Positions 1 to 10,989 of a stretch of DNA of 64,000 bases are shown here, one piece after another (within the stretch, counting starts at the first letter, position 1; every line of letters begins with the position of its first letter). The notes beneath the pieces were generated by a model, which saw only the letters and a program-made list of their open reading frames with translations, was not told where the DNA came from and did not search any database. The stretch covers positions 103,156,985-103,220,984 of the forward strand of contig NC_057717.1 in the NCBI RefSeq assembly GCF_004010195.1. Reading direction: 5' to 3'. Source of the stretch: Chiloscyllium plagiosum (Eukaryota). A program made the position numbers and the translations under genes.

Positions 1-405
1 ACCGTCCCTCCCCAGTCTGACCGTCCCTCCCCAGTCTGACCGTCCCTCCCCAGTCTGACCGTCCCTCCCCAGTCTGACCGTCCCTCCCCAGTCTGACCGT
101 CCCTCCCCAGTCTGACCGTCCCTCCCCAGTCTGACCGTCCCTCCCCAGTCTGACCGTCCCTCCCCAGTCTGACCGTCCCTCCCCAGTCTGACCGTCCCTC
201 CCCAGTTCTGACCGTCCTCCCCAGTCTGACCGTCCCTCCCCAGTCTGACCGTCCCTCCCCAGTCTGACCGTCCCTCCCCATTCTGACCGTCCCTCCCCAT
301 TCTGACCGTCCCTCCCCATTCTAACCGTCCCTCCCCAGTCTGACCGTCCCTCCCCAGTCTGACCGTCCCTCCCCAGTCTGACTGTCCCGCTGCATTCTGA
401 CTGTT
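1..405. repeat. 19-bp minisatellite (ACCGTCCCTCCCCAGTCTG)n, ~20 copies, runs off the window start
   Basis: Near-perfect tandem copies to ~385, then degenerate units. Confidence 0.97.
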
Positions 406-452
406 ACGCTCCATGAGGTCATAGATTCGTTCGCTGAGCTGTTGTGTTTTTC

Positions 453-494
453 CTCAGATGTTTCATCACCTCAATAGTTGACATCATCAGTGCT
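453..494 (-). ncRNA. Minimal type-I hammerhead ribozyme, decayed copy in distal pLTR
   Basis: Minus: AGCA CUGAUGA U GUCAAC UAUUGA GGUGAU GAAA CA UC UGAG; core intact, stems partly mismatched. Confidence 0.6.
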
Positions 495-648
495 CCTCCG
501 GTGTAGCGTTGGTGGTCTGTCCCACCTCATATTTCTGTGTCTCTGTTTGTTGGTACTTACAGTCCTGTATCTGAGTGGTTTGTTTGAGATTTTGGATAAG
601 ATTTGTAGCTCAGGTTGTAAGTTTGCTCGCTGAGCTGGTAGGTTTGTT

Positions 649-690
649 CTCAGACATTTCATCACCAGGATAGGTGACATCATCAGTGAG
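649..690 (-). ncRNA. Minimal type-I hammerhead ribozyme in PLE pLTR
   Basis: Minus: CUCA CUGAUGA U GUCACC UAUCCU GGUGAU GAAA UG UC UGAG; stem I CUCA/UGAG, stem II GUCACC/GGUGAU. Confidence 0.78.
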
Positions 691-1445
691 CCTCTGGTGA
701 ATTGATGGTGTTTTGTCCCTCTTTCTATTTATCTGTCTGGGTTTGTTGTGGTGGGTGATATCACTTCTGGTTCTTTTTCTGGGGGGTTGGTAAATGGGGT
801 CCAAATCAATGTGTTTATTGAAGTACTTCCGGTTTGAATGCCAGGCCTTTAGGAATTCCCGTGTGTGTCTTTGTTTAGCCTGACCCAGGATGGATGTATT
901 GTCCCAGTCAAACAGTTGTCCCTCTTCGTCTGTGTGTATGGATACTGTTGATAGTTGGTTACGTCCTTTGGTGGCTAGTTGGTGCTCATGTATCCAGACA
1001 GTCCATCCAATGTAATGTTTGTTTCAGTCCTTGCGGAGTATTTTGTATATGACACTCATTTTACTTATTGTTGGTATGGGGTCCTGTAAATTCATCAGGA
1101 GCTGTTTCAGGGTGATGGTAGGTTTGTGGGCTACCATGATGCAGAGGGGCAGGAGTAGTCTGGTTGTCATCTCCGAGATGTCTCTAAAGTATGGCAGGGT
1201 GGCTCGAGTCTCTGGGTGGTTGTGTCTTTTTGTTTCAGTCTGTTGTGTAGGAATTGGCAGACTGCACTTATCAGGTACCCGTTGTTCCTCAATACATTTT
1301 TCCTTGGCTTCTCGTAGTTCCTGGTATGGCAGTGTGTTGTGGCTCATTTAAATAATTTCCTGATGTAGCTCTGTTTGTGGGTGTTGGGATGATTGCTCCT
1401 GTAGTTAAGTATCTGGTCAGTGTGTGTGACTTTCCCTGTCAATAT

Positions 1446-1790
1446 TTCCCATTCCATTCCGCCTGTCCCACTGCATTGTGACTGTCCCACTCCACCCTGA
1501 CTGACCCACTCCATCCTGATTGTCCCACTCCATCCTGACTGTCCCACCCCATCCTGACTGTTGCCCCATTCTAACTGTTCCCCCCCCATTGTGACTGTCC
1601 GGTTGCATTCTGAATGTCCCACCACATTCTGACTGTTTCCCCCTTATGACTGTTCCACTGTATTCTGACTGTCCCCCCCTTATTCTGAGTGTACCACCGC
1701 ATTCTGACTGCCCCACTCCATTCCAACAGTCCCACTGCATTCACACTGCCCCACCGCACTCTGACTGTCCCACCTTATTCTGAGTGTACC
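1446..1790. repeat. Degenerate ~19-bp minisatellite (ACTGTCCCACTCCATCCTG-like) related to the array at 1-405
   Basis: Recurring CTGACTGTCCC / ATTCTGA at ~19-bp period. Confidence 0.85.
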
Positions 1791-2758
1791 TCACATACAA
1801 GCTTTTTCGGGAGTGGGGGCAGTGCAGGGCGTGTGGGGGCTACTTAAGTAACAGTGAAAATAAAAGCAAAAATAAATATGGTTCTGAATCAGGAAAGAAC
1901 AGTTAGAAAAGACAGACAGGAGGAAATCAGGGAACAAGGTAACTGAAGAATTAAGCTGTGTTTATTTTAATGCAAGAGGTCTTCCAGGTAAGGCTGATGA
2001 AGTCAGGGCACGCTTGAGAACAGGACTGGAACGTCATAGACATTACAGAAACACAGCTGAAGGAAGGACAGGACTGGCTCTCAATATTCCAGGTTTTATA
2101 TGTTATAGGATGGATCAACAAAGCAGATGGGGAGTGGTAATTTTGATTAAGGAAAACATTACTGCTGTAATAAGAGAAGATATTTCTGAGGGATCATTTA
2201 GTGAAAATATATAGGTTGGAATTAGAAATAAGAAAGGGGTGTTCACCTTGATGCGATTGTACTATAGATCCCCCAATAGACAGAGGGAAATCGATAAGGA
2301 AGTACATATATATCTGAGCTCCCCATATATAAGAATAATATGGTGTAATAGTAGGTGATTTTAATTTTTCAAACATTGACTGGAGATATTATACTGGTAA
2401 AGGCTTGGATGGTGAAAAATCTGTTAAATGTGTTCAACTATATTTTCTTTATCAATATATCAATGTTCCTACTAGAGAAGGAGTAAAACATGACCTTCTC
2501 TCGGGAAATAAGGCAGGGCAAGTGACTGAAGTGTTAGCAGGGGAAGGCTTTAGGACTGGATCATAATTCTATTTGTTTTAAAATAGCAATGGAAAAGATA
2601 AGCCGTTCATAAACGTTAAAGTTCTTAATTGGAGTAAGGCAAATTTCAAAGGTATGAAACAAGAACTTTCAAAAGTTGATTGAAGTAGATTGTTTGCAGG
2701 TAAAGTGATGACTAAGAAATGGGAGGCTTTCAAACGTGAGAGAATGAGGATTCATAGT

Positions 2759-3066
2759 GGGCGGCACGGTGGCACAATGGTTAGCACTGCTGCCTCACAG
2801 CATCAGACACCTGGATTCAATTCCCACCTCAGGCAACTGTCTGTGTGGAGTTTGCACATTCTCCCTGTGTCTGCGTGGGTCCCCTCCACGTGCTCCGATT
2901 TCCTCCCACAGTCCAAAAAAGATGTGCAGGTCAGGTGAATTGGCCGTGCTAAATTGCCCGTAGTGTTAGGTGAAGGGGTAAATGTAGAGGGGTGGGTTGC
3001 TCTTCGGAGGGTTGGTGTGGATTTGTTGGGCCAAAGGGCCTGTTTCCACACTGTAAGTAATCTAAT
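2759..3066 (+). mobile_element. HE1-like tRNA-derived V-SINE, full length, inside CR1
   Basis: tRNA-like head GGCACGGTGGCACAATGGTTAGCAC...TTCAATTCCC, central TGTGTGGAGTTTGCACATTCTCCC, CR1-like tail ending GTAAGTAATCTAATC. Confidence 0.92.
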
Positions 3067-4129
3067 CATTATGTTCCTGTTAGGGTGAAAGGCAGGCTTG
3101 TTAAGATTAGGGAACAATTGATGACTGAAAATATTGAAGTTCTGGCCAAGAATATGACAGAATCAGTATTCGATATAGACAGCTAAGATCAACGGAATCT
3201 CTTGAAGGGTGCAAAGAGTGTAGGGTCAATCTTAGGAAGGAAACCTGGAGGGCAAATGGGGGAATTGAGATAGACTTGGCAGATAAGGTTAAAGATAATC
3301 CAGAAAGAATTCTACAAATACATTAGGAACAAGAGGGAGAGTTGGACCCCTTAAAGATCAATGAGGTTTTCTCTGTGTTGGGCCTCAGGAGATGGGAGAG
3401 ACATTAAATGAATATTTTGCATCGATATTTGCTGTTGAGAAAGAAGTGGAGACTAGAGACTTCAGGGAGATAAATATTGATGTTTTTGAAAACAGAAAAG
3501 AGGAAGTGCTGGAGGTGTAGAAATGTAAAGGTGGATAAATCTCCAGGATCTGATCTAGTGTATCCCAGAATGTTATGGGAAATTACGGAGGAAATTGCAG
3601 GGCCCCTAGCAGAAATATTTGTATCATCTGTCAACACAGGTGATGACTGGAGGGTAGGTAATGTTTTTCCATTGTTTAAGAAAGACTGGAAGGAGAAGTC
3701 TAGGAACTACAGAGCAGTGAGTCTGACATCAGTGGTGGGTAACTTGGTGGATGAGACTCTGAGAGACAGGATTAACATGCATTTGAAGAGGCAAGGACTG
3801 ATTAGGGTTAGTCAGCATGGCTTTGTGTGTGAGAAATCATGTCTTAATGATTTTTAATGAAATGGCCAAAGTGGTTGATGAAAGCAGAGTGGTAGAAATT
3901 GTTAACTTGGACTTTAGTAAAGCCTTTGACAAGGTTCCAACATGGTAGACTAATTTGGAAAGATTATTAACATGGGATTCAGGGTGAGCTTGTCAATTAG
4001 CTACAACCTGGCTTGATGGTTGGAGACAAAAATCACATGAAATTAGGTTGTAGTCCAGCAGGTTTATTTGAAACCAGAGAGGATGGTGATGAGGGGTTGT
4101 TTTCCCAAGAGTATTTCTTATTTCAGACC

Positions 4130-4430
4130 CAGCACTGCTGCCTCACAGCGCCAGAGACCCGTGTTCAATTCCCGCCTCAGGCAGCTCTGTGTGGAGTTTG
4201 TACATTCTCCCCGTGTTTGCGTGGGTTTCCTCTGGGTGCTCCGGTTTCCTCCCACAGTCCAAAGATGTTCAGGTTTGGGTGAATTGGCCATGCTAAATTG
4301 CCCGTAGCGTTAGGTGAAGGGGTAAATGTAGGGGAATGGGTCTGGGTGGGTTACTCTTTGGAGGGTCGGTGTGGACTTGTTGGGCTGAAGGGCCTGTTTC
4401 CACACTGTAAGTAATCTAATCTAATCTAAT
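4130..4430 (+). mobile_element. HE1-like SINE, slightly 5'-truncated
   Basis: Same body as 2759-3066, tail (TAATC)n. Confidence 0.9.
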
Positions 4431-4895
4431 ACTATCCCTATCCCAGATGTGCTTAACCGGGACTGGTGTGAGGGGAATTTTAATTTTAGTTGAAATGAGC
4501 AGGCGAACTTCTGGATTTTAAATCATTATTGTCCCTGTACCCAGGAGCATCTGACGGGGATGGAGCAGAAGCAGTTCATTTATTTATTTGTTTTCTTTGA
4601 GTTTATTTTTAGTTTGGCCCATTGTGCTCACTTCCCAAAAGTGATTGGTGGGGACGGAGTCAAGGATGAATCATTTTCTTGCTCATTGATGTATTTTATT
4701 TGTTTTTCCCCAACGTAATAGGGTCTTTAGCTTCATTTAACAAAATCAAGGCAGCTTTACTTTCTGTGTGGGAAGAGCAGGTTGTGGCTTTGTTCTGTGT
4801 TTTAACTGATACTGTCCCTGTCCTGGGAATATCTGATGGGGGCAGTGTCGAGGGACCTTGGCTTTTTTTCTGTTTAAACCTTTATTTTAAATAAT
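4431..4895 (+). repeat. Dispersed cassette of diverged monomers of the ~65-bp satellite found at 57.6-59 kb
   Basis: CTGTCCCTGTCCTGGGAATATCTGATGGGGGCAGTGTCGAGGG at ~4812-4855, plus weaker monomers at ~4432, ~4530 and ~4625. Confidence 0.55.
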
Positions 4896-6091
4896 AGAGG
4901 GTTTTTTTTTCTGTGACCAGCAATGTTCCACATGGCATGGTGCTGGGCCCACTTTGTTTGTCATTTATATAAATGATTTGGATGAGAATATAGGAAGTCG
5001 GTGGATGACACCCACCAAACCTGGTGGTGTAATGGACAGTGAAAAAGGCTATCTAAAATCAGAGATTTTGGTCAATTGGGTCAATGGGCTAAGAAGTGAC
5101 AGAAGGAGTTTAATTTGGATAAATGCGAGGTATTGCATTTGGTAATACAAACAAGTGCAGGTCTTATACAGTTAATGGTAGGGCCTTGGGTAATGTTGTA
5201 GAACAGAGAGACCGAGGGACTCAGGTACATAATGCTTTGAATTTTGTGTCACAGGTCGACAGGGTGATTAAGAAGCCATTTAGCACACTTGCCTTCATTG
5301 CTCAGATCATTAAGTATAGGAGTTGAGATGTCATGTTGATGTTGTCCAGGACATTGGTGAGGTCTCTTCTGTGCCCGGTTCTGGTCACTCAGCTGTAGGA
5401 AGGTCATTACTAAACCGAGAGGGTTCAGAAAAGATTGACCAGGATGTTGCCAGGGAATGAAGGGTTTGAGTTATAAAAAGAGACTGAAAGGGCTGGGACT
5501 TTTCGCTCTGGGGCGTAGGGGTTTGAGGGGTGACCTTATTGAGGTTTATAAAATCATGTAGGGTGGAGATAAGGTGAATGACAAAGAGTCTTCTTCCATA
5601 GGGCAGGGAAGTTTAAAACTAGGGGACATATTTTTAAGGTGAGAGGGGAAAGATTTAAAAAGGACACGAGGGTCAACATTTTTATATACAGAGAGTGGTT
5701 CGTGTGTGGAGTGAACGTCCAGAGGAAGTGGGTACAATTACGATGTTTAAAAGAGACTTAGATATGTACATGAATGGTAAAGGTTTGGAAGGATTAGGGG
5801 GAAAAGCAGGTAGGTGGGACTAATGCAGTTTGGGAACATGTTCGGCATGGACTGGTTGGATGGAAGGGATTGTTTCCATGCTGTATGACTCTATATAAGC
5901 TTTCTCTTGCATTCTGCTACTCATTGTTAATGTAAGTTTTTAATAAAACATGGTCTTCTGCTGCCACCTACTGTCTGTAATGGGCACTTTCTAAATGAGT
6001 GTTTTAAAGGAATAGCATCATTTGTCACACTATTTTCCTATCACACAATTGTTACAACAATTTGTATGTATACAGCAAATTTAATCTTTTA

Positions 6092-6842
6092 AAATTCATT
6101 GATGGTATGTGGGCAATGCTGGCTGGTCAGCATTTATTTCCTATCCCTAGTTTCCCCCTTGAGAAGGTGGTAGTGAGTTTCCTTCTTGAACCTCTATTTG
6201 GTAGAAAATTCCAGGATTCTGACCCAGCGACAGTGAAGGAACGGCGATATAATTCCAAGTCAGGATGGTGAGTGGCTCGGATGGGAACTTGCAGGAAGTG
6301 GTGTTCCCGTGTATCTGCTGCCCTTGTCCATCTGAATGGGGATGTTTGTGGGTTTGGAAGGTGCTGTCTGAGGATCTTTGGTGAGTTTCTGCAGCGCATC
6401 TTGTAGATGGTACACACTGCTGCTACTGAGCGTCGGTGGTGGAGGGAGTGGATGTTTGAGTTTCCAATCAGTGGGGCTTCTTTGTCCTGGGTAGTTCCAT
6501 GCCTCTAAATTGTAGTTGGGGCTGCACTCATCCAGGTAAGTAGGGGACTATTAGGAGAAAGTGAGGACTGCAGATGCTGGAGACCAGAGTTGAAAAATGT
6601 GCTGGAAAAACACAGCAGGCAAGGCAGCATCCGAGGAGCAGGTGAATCGACGTTTCGGGCATAAGCCCTTCTTCAGGAATGAGGCTGAGGGCGGTGCTGA
6701 ATCTGGGGGTTGGGACTAAGATAAGGTTGGTGGAGGGGAAATGAGGAAGCTGGAGAAATCTGCATTCATGGGGAATATTCCATCACACTCCTGATGTGGG
6801 CTTTGATAGGCTTTCAGGAGTTAGGAGGTAAATTACTTGCTG
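6092..6842 (-). mobile_element. L2/CR1-group LINE 3' end (second LINE family), interrupted by a PLE fragment
   Basis: ORF 6127-6417 VCTIYKMRCRNSPKILRQHLPNP...RRSFTVAGSESWNFLP; the 3' UTR recurs many times in the window. Confidence 0.75.
6553..6769 (-). mobile_element. PLE-derived cassette with intact hammerhead (~6645-6679)
   Basis: Minus: UUC CUGAAGA A GGGC UUAU GCCC GAAA CG UC GAUU; TSD-like GGGGACTATT (6543-6552) / GGGGAATATT (6770-6779). Confidence 0.75.
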
Positions 6843-7212
6843 AAATAGCTACACTGGCATCAACTTCCACGGGAACTGGGTGAACATTTAAACAGATAGG
6901 TTCTGATTTAGATGTTGCTCAGCAATTTAGCTGTTACAAAGCAGATGCAGATGGACTTTGCAGAGTATGACCTCTCCTGGATATCAATCTGTGAGATCTC
7001 GCGCTCCGTTTGGGTCCACTGGGACCCCTTTGCCAGTTTGATTCCGCATACCGGCAGTAACTACAATGGCTTGCCGGCCTGACCCTGAAGAAAATGTTAA
7101 CCGTTTGGCCGAGGCTTGGCTTTGTTTTGGGATCTTGCTGTGGGCTGACCTAGAGTCCCACAGTTCAGGATATGTCCGAAGTGAGGCTACGCAATTGTCT
7201 TCACTCCAGTGG

Positions 7213-8560
7213 TTTTTTTGAAGAAGTAACAAAGAGGATTGATGAGGGCAGAGCAGTAGACGTGATCTATATGGACTTCAGTAAGGAGTTCGACAAGGTT
7301 CCCCGTGGGAGACTGATTAGCAAGGTTAGATCTCACACAATACAGGGAGAACTAGCCATTTGGATACAGAACTGGCTCAAAGGTCGAAGACAGAGGGTGG
7401 TGGTGGTGGGTTGTTTTTCAGACTGGAGGCCTGTGACCAGTGGAGTGCCACCAGGATCGGTCCTGGGCCCTCTATGTTTCGTCATTTAAATAAATGATTT
7501 GGATGCGAGCATAAGAGGTACGTTAGTAGGTTTGCAGATGACATCAAAATTGCAGGTGTAGTGGACAGTGAAGAAGGTTACCTCAGATTACAACAGGATC
7601 TGGACCAGATGGACCAATGGGCTGAGAAGTGATAAATGGAGTTTAATTCAGATAAATGCAAGGTGCTGCATTTTGGGAAAACAAATCTTAGCAGGACTTA
7701 TACACTTAATGGTAAGGTCCCAGGGAGTGTTGCTGAACAAAGAGACCTTGGAGTGCAGGTTCATAGCTCCTTGAAAGTGGAGTTGCAGGTAGATAGGATA
7801 GTGAAGAAGGTGTTTGGTATGCTTTCCTTCATTGGTCAGAGTATTGAGTACAGGAGTTGGGAGGTCATGTTGCGGATGTACAGGACATTGGTTAGGCCAC
7901 TGTTGGAATATTGCGTGCAATTCTGGTCTCCTTCCTATCGGAAAGATGTTGTAAAACTTGAAAGGGTTCAGAAAAGATTTACAAGGATGTTGCCAGGGTT
8001 GGAGGATTTGAGCTACAGGGAGAGGCTGAACAGGCTGGGGCTGTTTTCCCTGGAACGTCGGAGGCTGAGGGGTGACCTTATAGAGGGTTACAAAATTATG
8101 AGGGACATGGATAGGGTAAATAGACAAGATACTTTCTCTGGAGTGGGGCAGTCCAGAGTTAGAGAGCACCGGTTTAGGGTGAGAAGGGAAAGAATTAAAA
8201 TGGACTAAGGGGCAGAGGGTGGTACGTGTATGGAATGAGCTGCCAGAGGAAGTCTTTTCCCTGGGATTGGGGAGTCCAGAACTAGAGGGCATAGCTTTAG
8301 GGTGAGAGGGGAAAGATATAAAAGACACCTAAGGGACAACTTTTTCACACAGAGGGTGGTATGTGTATGGAATGAGCTGCCAGAGGCTAGTACAATTGTT
8401 ACTTTTAAAAGGCATTTGGATGGGTATATGAATAGGAAGAGTTTGGAGGGATATGGGCCGGGTGCTGGCAGGTGGGACTAGATCGGGTGGGGATATCTGG
8501 TTGGCATGGACGGGTTGGACCGAAGTGTCTGTTTCTGTGCTGTACATCTCTATGACTCTA
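7213..8560 (+). mobile_element. 5'-truncated, relatively young CR1 LINE (RT C-terminal part and 3' UTR)
   Basis: VDVIYMDFSKEFDKVP, VTSGVPPGSVLGP, FADD, RPLLEYCVQFWSP, LERRRLRGDLIE; tail TCTCTATGACTCTA; few stops. Confidence 0.95.
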
Positions 8561-9217
8561 TGGTGTTCCCCAAGCTCAGTCAGACTGGTGAGGATAACCA
8601 CTTCCATTGGAATATCCTGTAACTCATATACTCCATTTGCTGCACTTTCCAATGATAAACCCAGTTCTGGTGCCTGTTTGAAGTCCAGGTGGGCTTCAGT
8701 TAGTCGACACTTTTGCAGGGTTTCATCATTAATCCCACATTTCAAATGGTCACTCATCACCTCATTAAGAGTTAAACCAAACTCTCATGCCTCTACCTGC
8801 CTTAACCGAGTCAAAAATCCTGGTACGGATTCCCCTAGTTTACAAATGTCCAAGTAAAACCAATAGCATTTCAGAATTAGAGGAGGCTTTGGGTTATAAT
8901 ATTCCGTAAATAAACCCATCAACTCTAGAAAGCTTTTAGTATCTGGTGCCTCAGGAAACATTAGACTCCTAATAACTGAAAAAGCTGCAGGTCCGCAAGC
9001 TGTCAGAAGAATTACTGGCTGATTTTTATCTGCCTCAATGTCATTTGCCTGGAAAAGATGTTACATTCTTCCCACATACTGGGTCCAGTCTTTGAAGACA
9101 GGATTGGACAAATCAAGCTTCCCAAAATAACAGCATGATGCCAGAAATTCTTATCCCAACTCAAAGGCGACTGTTGTGAGTGAGTTTCTTCAGGAATGTG
9201 CTTTACTCTCATCGCCA

Positions 9218-9452
9218 CAGAAATAACTCCACAGAGGCTGGTATCCCGTCACCCCAAGTGACCCTTCACTTAGGCACGGAGAGTCCTTGACATTGATCCA
9301 GCTCCGTCAGAGCCAGCTCTCAGATCGAACAGAACCTCTGACATTCCTGTTTATATCTGTCAGCCAGGGCTCCCTGATTGGGAATGTTAATCTGGTCCAA
9401 TCAGGGATCTCTCTGAAGCCTACCTGGCCAGATTCGGTACAATCACTGCAGT
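9218..9452 (-). promoter_or_regulatory. 5' LTR of the Gypsy element with inverted CCAAT pair and TATA-like box
   Basis: TCCCTGATTGG (9371-9381) / CCAATCAGGGA (9397-9407) inverted; minus-strand GATATAAAC ~9350-9358; related LTR pieces at ~46.1 and ~48.6 kb. Confidence 0.6.
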
Positions 9453-9524
9453 ATCAAGACGTTTTATTTATGCCGTGATTAATGTGGTATCTCATGTAAA
9501 AATGGTGTTTTGGATAACTGTACA

Positions 9525-9825
9525 ACAAATCCATGACCTCTACCATCTAGAAGGACAAGGGCAGCAGATACATGGGAAGACCACCCCCTGCAAGTTTCCC
9601 TCCAAGCCACTCCCCATCCTGGCTTGGAAATACATGGCCAATCCTTTAGTAGGTCAACATCTTGGAATTCCCTCCTCAATTACATTATGGGTGTCCCTAA
9701 ATGGGGCATATGAACTGCAGTGGTTCAAGAAGGCAGCTTATCCCCACCCTTTCAAGGGGCAACTAGGGATGAGCAGTAAATGCTGGGCCCAGCCAGCAAT
9801 GCTCATGTACCAATAATGGATAAAG
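9525..9825 (+). mobile_element. L2/CR1-group LINE 3' end
   Basis: Reverse-orientation match to 6092-6420 (CCATCTAGAAGGACAAGGGCAGCAG...GGGATGAGCAGTAAATGCTGG). Confidence 0.75.
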
Positions 9826-9957
9826 AAAGGATAGACGCAGGGAATGGTAAGAGAGGACACCTCACTCAGAGTCCCAATGGATCCAGATTCCAGTCCCTTC
9901 TGATCTGCAGTCTCTGTGGTGTGGCTCCTTCTATATTCTAGGCCGCTGTACCCAAAG

Positions 9958-10093
9958 ATATGGGGGAGCCATGTTGGACTGGGGTGGGCAAAGTTAAAAA
10001 AACACAAAGCCAGCTCGTAGTCCGATGCTCCGAAAGCTAATGCTTGCGAATAAGCCTGTTGGACTGTAACCTGGTGTTGTATGATTTATTAAC
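9958..10093. mobile_element. Decayed fold-back PLE pLTR remnant with partial hammerhead
   Basis: TTGGACTGGGGTGGGCAAAGTTAAAAAA... followed by GCTCCGAAAGCTA...CCTGTTGGACTGTAACCTGGTGTTG in the opposite orientation. Confidence 0.65.
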
Positions 10094-10717
10094 AAAGAAC
10101 AGTTCGGATACAGCAGCATCATTGTTCAACACTAGGTGGAAACCTTTACCAGCTCACTGCTTCTGCAGAGTCATTGTTGTTTTATTCTGGGTCACCTTCT
10201 TCTGGTTCTACCTCCAACGAAAATGTGGAATAACTAAATCATTTGAGATTAGACCAGAGCTCTGTGTGCAGCTGTAGAAACCCTAGAGACACTGGGAACC
10301 AGCCCAATCTATCCCAGTAACAATACAGCTGAGATTGAAGCACGTGGTCCCATTCACATTTTTAATAAAATGTTCTCCCTCTTCCCCATCCCCTTTTCTC
10401 AAAGCTCCTGAATCTTGCCTTGATAAAACGCAATCCCGGATCACCAGTGTTCCGAGCATGTAACTGGACATTCATCTGTGGAGGGCATCACAACTGAGCT
10501 CCATCCTGCTCATTGTCCTCACGCTGTGTTTCCACGGGTTACAACCCTGGGTAATCCTTCAGCAAAGGAGGGCAAGAATTAGATATGCAATCTCACGGGG
10601 TCTGCAGTCTACAGAATAGACCCTTGGATTTGCATCCTGCCCCCTCCCTCTGAAATAGAGACTCCTCGCTGGTTTCCCTTTAGCTGCTGGATGGGATCTG
10701 CAGATACATTGCCTCAC

Positions 10718-10974
10718 CAGCTGACATGCCCATGGAGTTCACCCTGGAGTGTAAGTTCTTCTCGAGTGTCCTGCTGCCCGGCGCCCCGAGCAGGATCTTT
10801 CTGGTCAGTTGTGAATTTGCGTTTTCGGCTGTCTCAGACTTGGGCACAAACTTTGCCACTATCCCACCTGTCCCTTGCTTTCCCTGGGCTCTGTCAACCA
10901 GACAACGCCTTATCAGGAGCTGAGATGTACTCTGCTCCAGTCGGGTCCATGTTGATGATGGTGGGGTGTGTTTC
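10718..10974 (-). other. Candidate 257-nt exon of unknown gene or lncRNA
   Basis: Acceptor CTAATCACTTTTCCTCAG, donor G|GTGAGG, one frame open throughout (KHTPPSSTWTRLEQ...VNSMGMSA); no homology recognised. Confidence 0.2.
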
Positions 10975-10989
10975 CTGAGGAAAAGTGAT

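Larger units (their letters stand above)
413..1445 (-). mobile_element. Penelope-like element 3' fragment (Poseidon/Penelope type): GIY-YIG endonuclease remnant plus two tandem pLTR copies
   Basis: Minus strand reads ATLPYFRDISEMTTRLL...VIYKILRKD*NKHYIG...IHEHQLA...FDWDNTSILGQAKQRHTREFLKAWHS; diverged direct repeats start at ~430 and ~627. Confidence 0.85.
1890..5895 (+). mobile_element. Degraded CR1 LINE ORF2 (APE endonuclease, RT, 3' UTR) with nested insertions
   Basis: Fragments LSCVYFNARGL, KSPGSDLVYPRMLWEITEEIAGPL, NYRAVSLTSVVG, SQHGF, DFSKAFDKVP, FVIYINDLD; CR1-type tail CTGTATGACTCTAT; many stops and frameshifts. Confidence 0.92.
6842..9452 (-). mobile_element. Decayed Gypsy (Mag-like) LTR retrotransposon: 5' LTR, PBS, gag, start of protease; split by a CR1
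   Basis: Minus: DWTQYVGRM..LFQANDI..LLTACGPAAFSVIRSLMFPEAPDTKSF..YYNPKPPL..KLGESV..CGINDETLQK; protease-like HPVPVEVDASVAIS near 6850-6885; PBS-like TGGCGATGAG at ~9208-9217. Confidence 0.8.

Noticed and set aside
2759..2830. tRNA gene (also other SINE heads)
   Set aside because: A/B-box-like heads continue directly into SINE bodies and tails
4091..4911. TSD around the 4.1-4.9 kb insertion
   Set aside because: GAGGGGTTGTTTTC versus GAGGGTTTTTTTTTC is low-complexity and imperfect; cannot be called
7648..8328. 226-aa minus-strand ORF
   Set aside because: Antisense shadow of the CR1 RT
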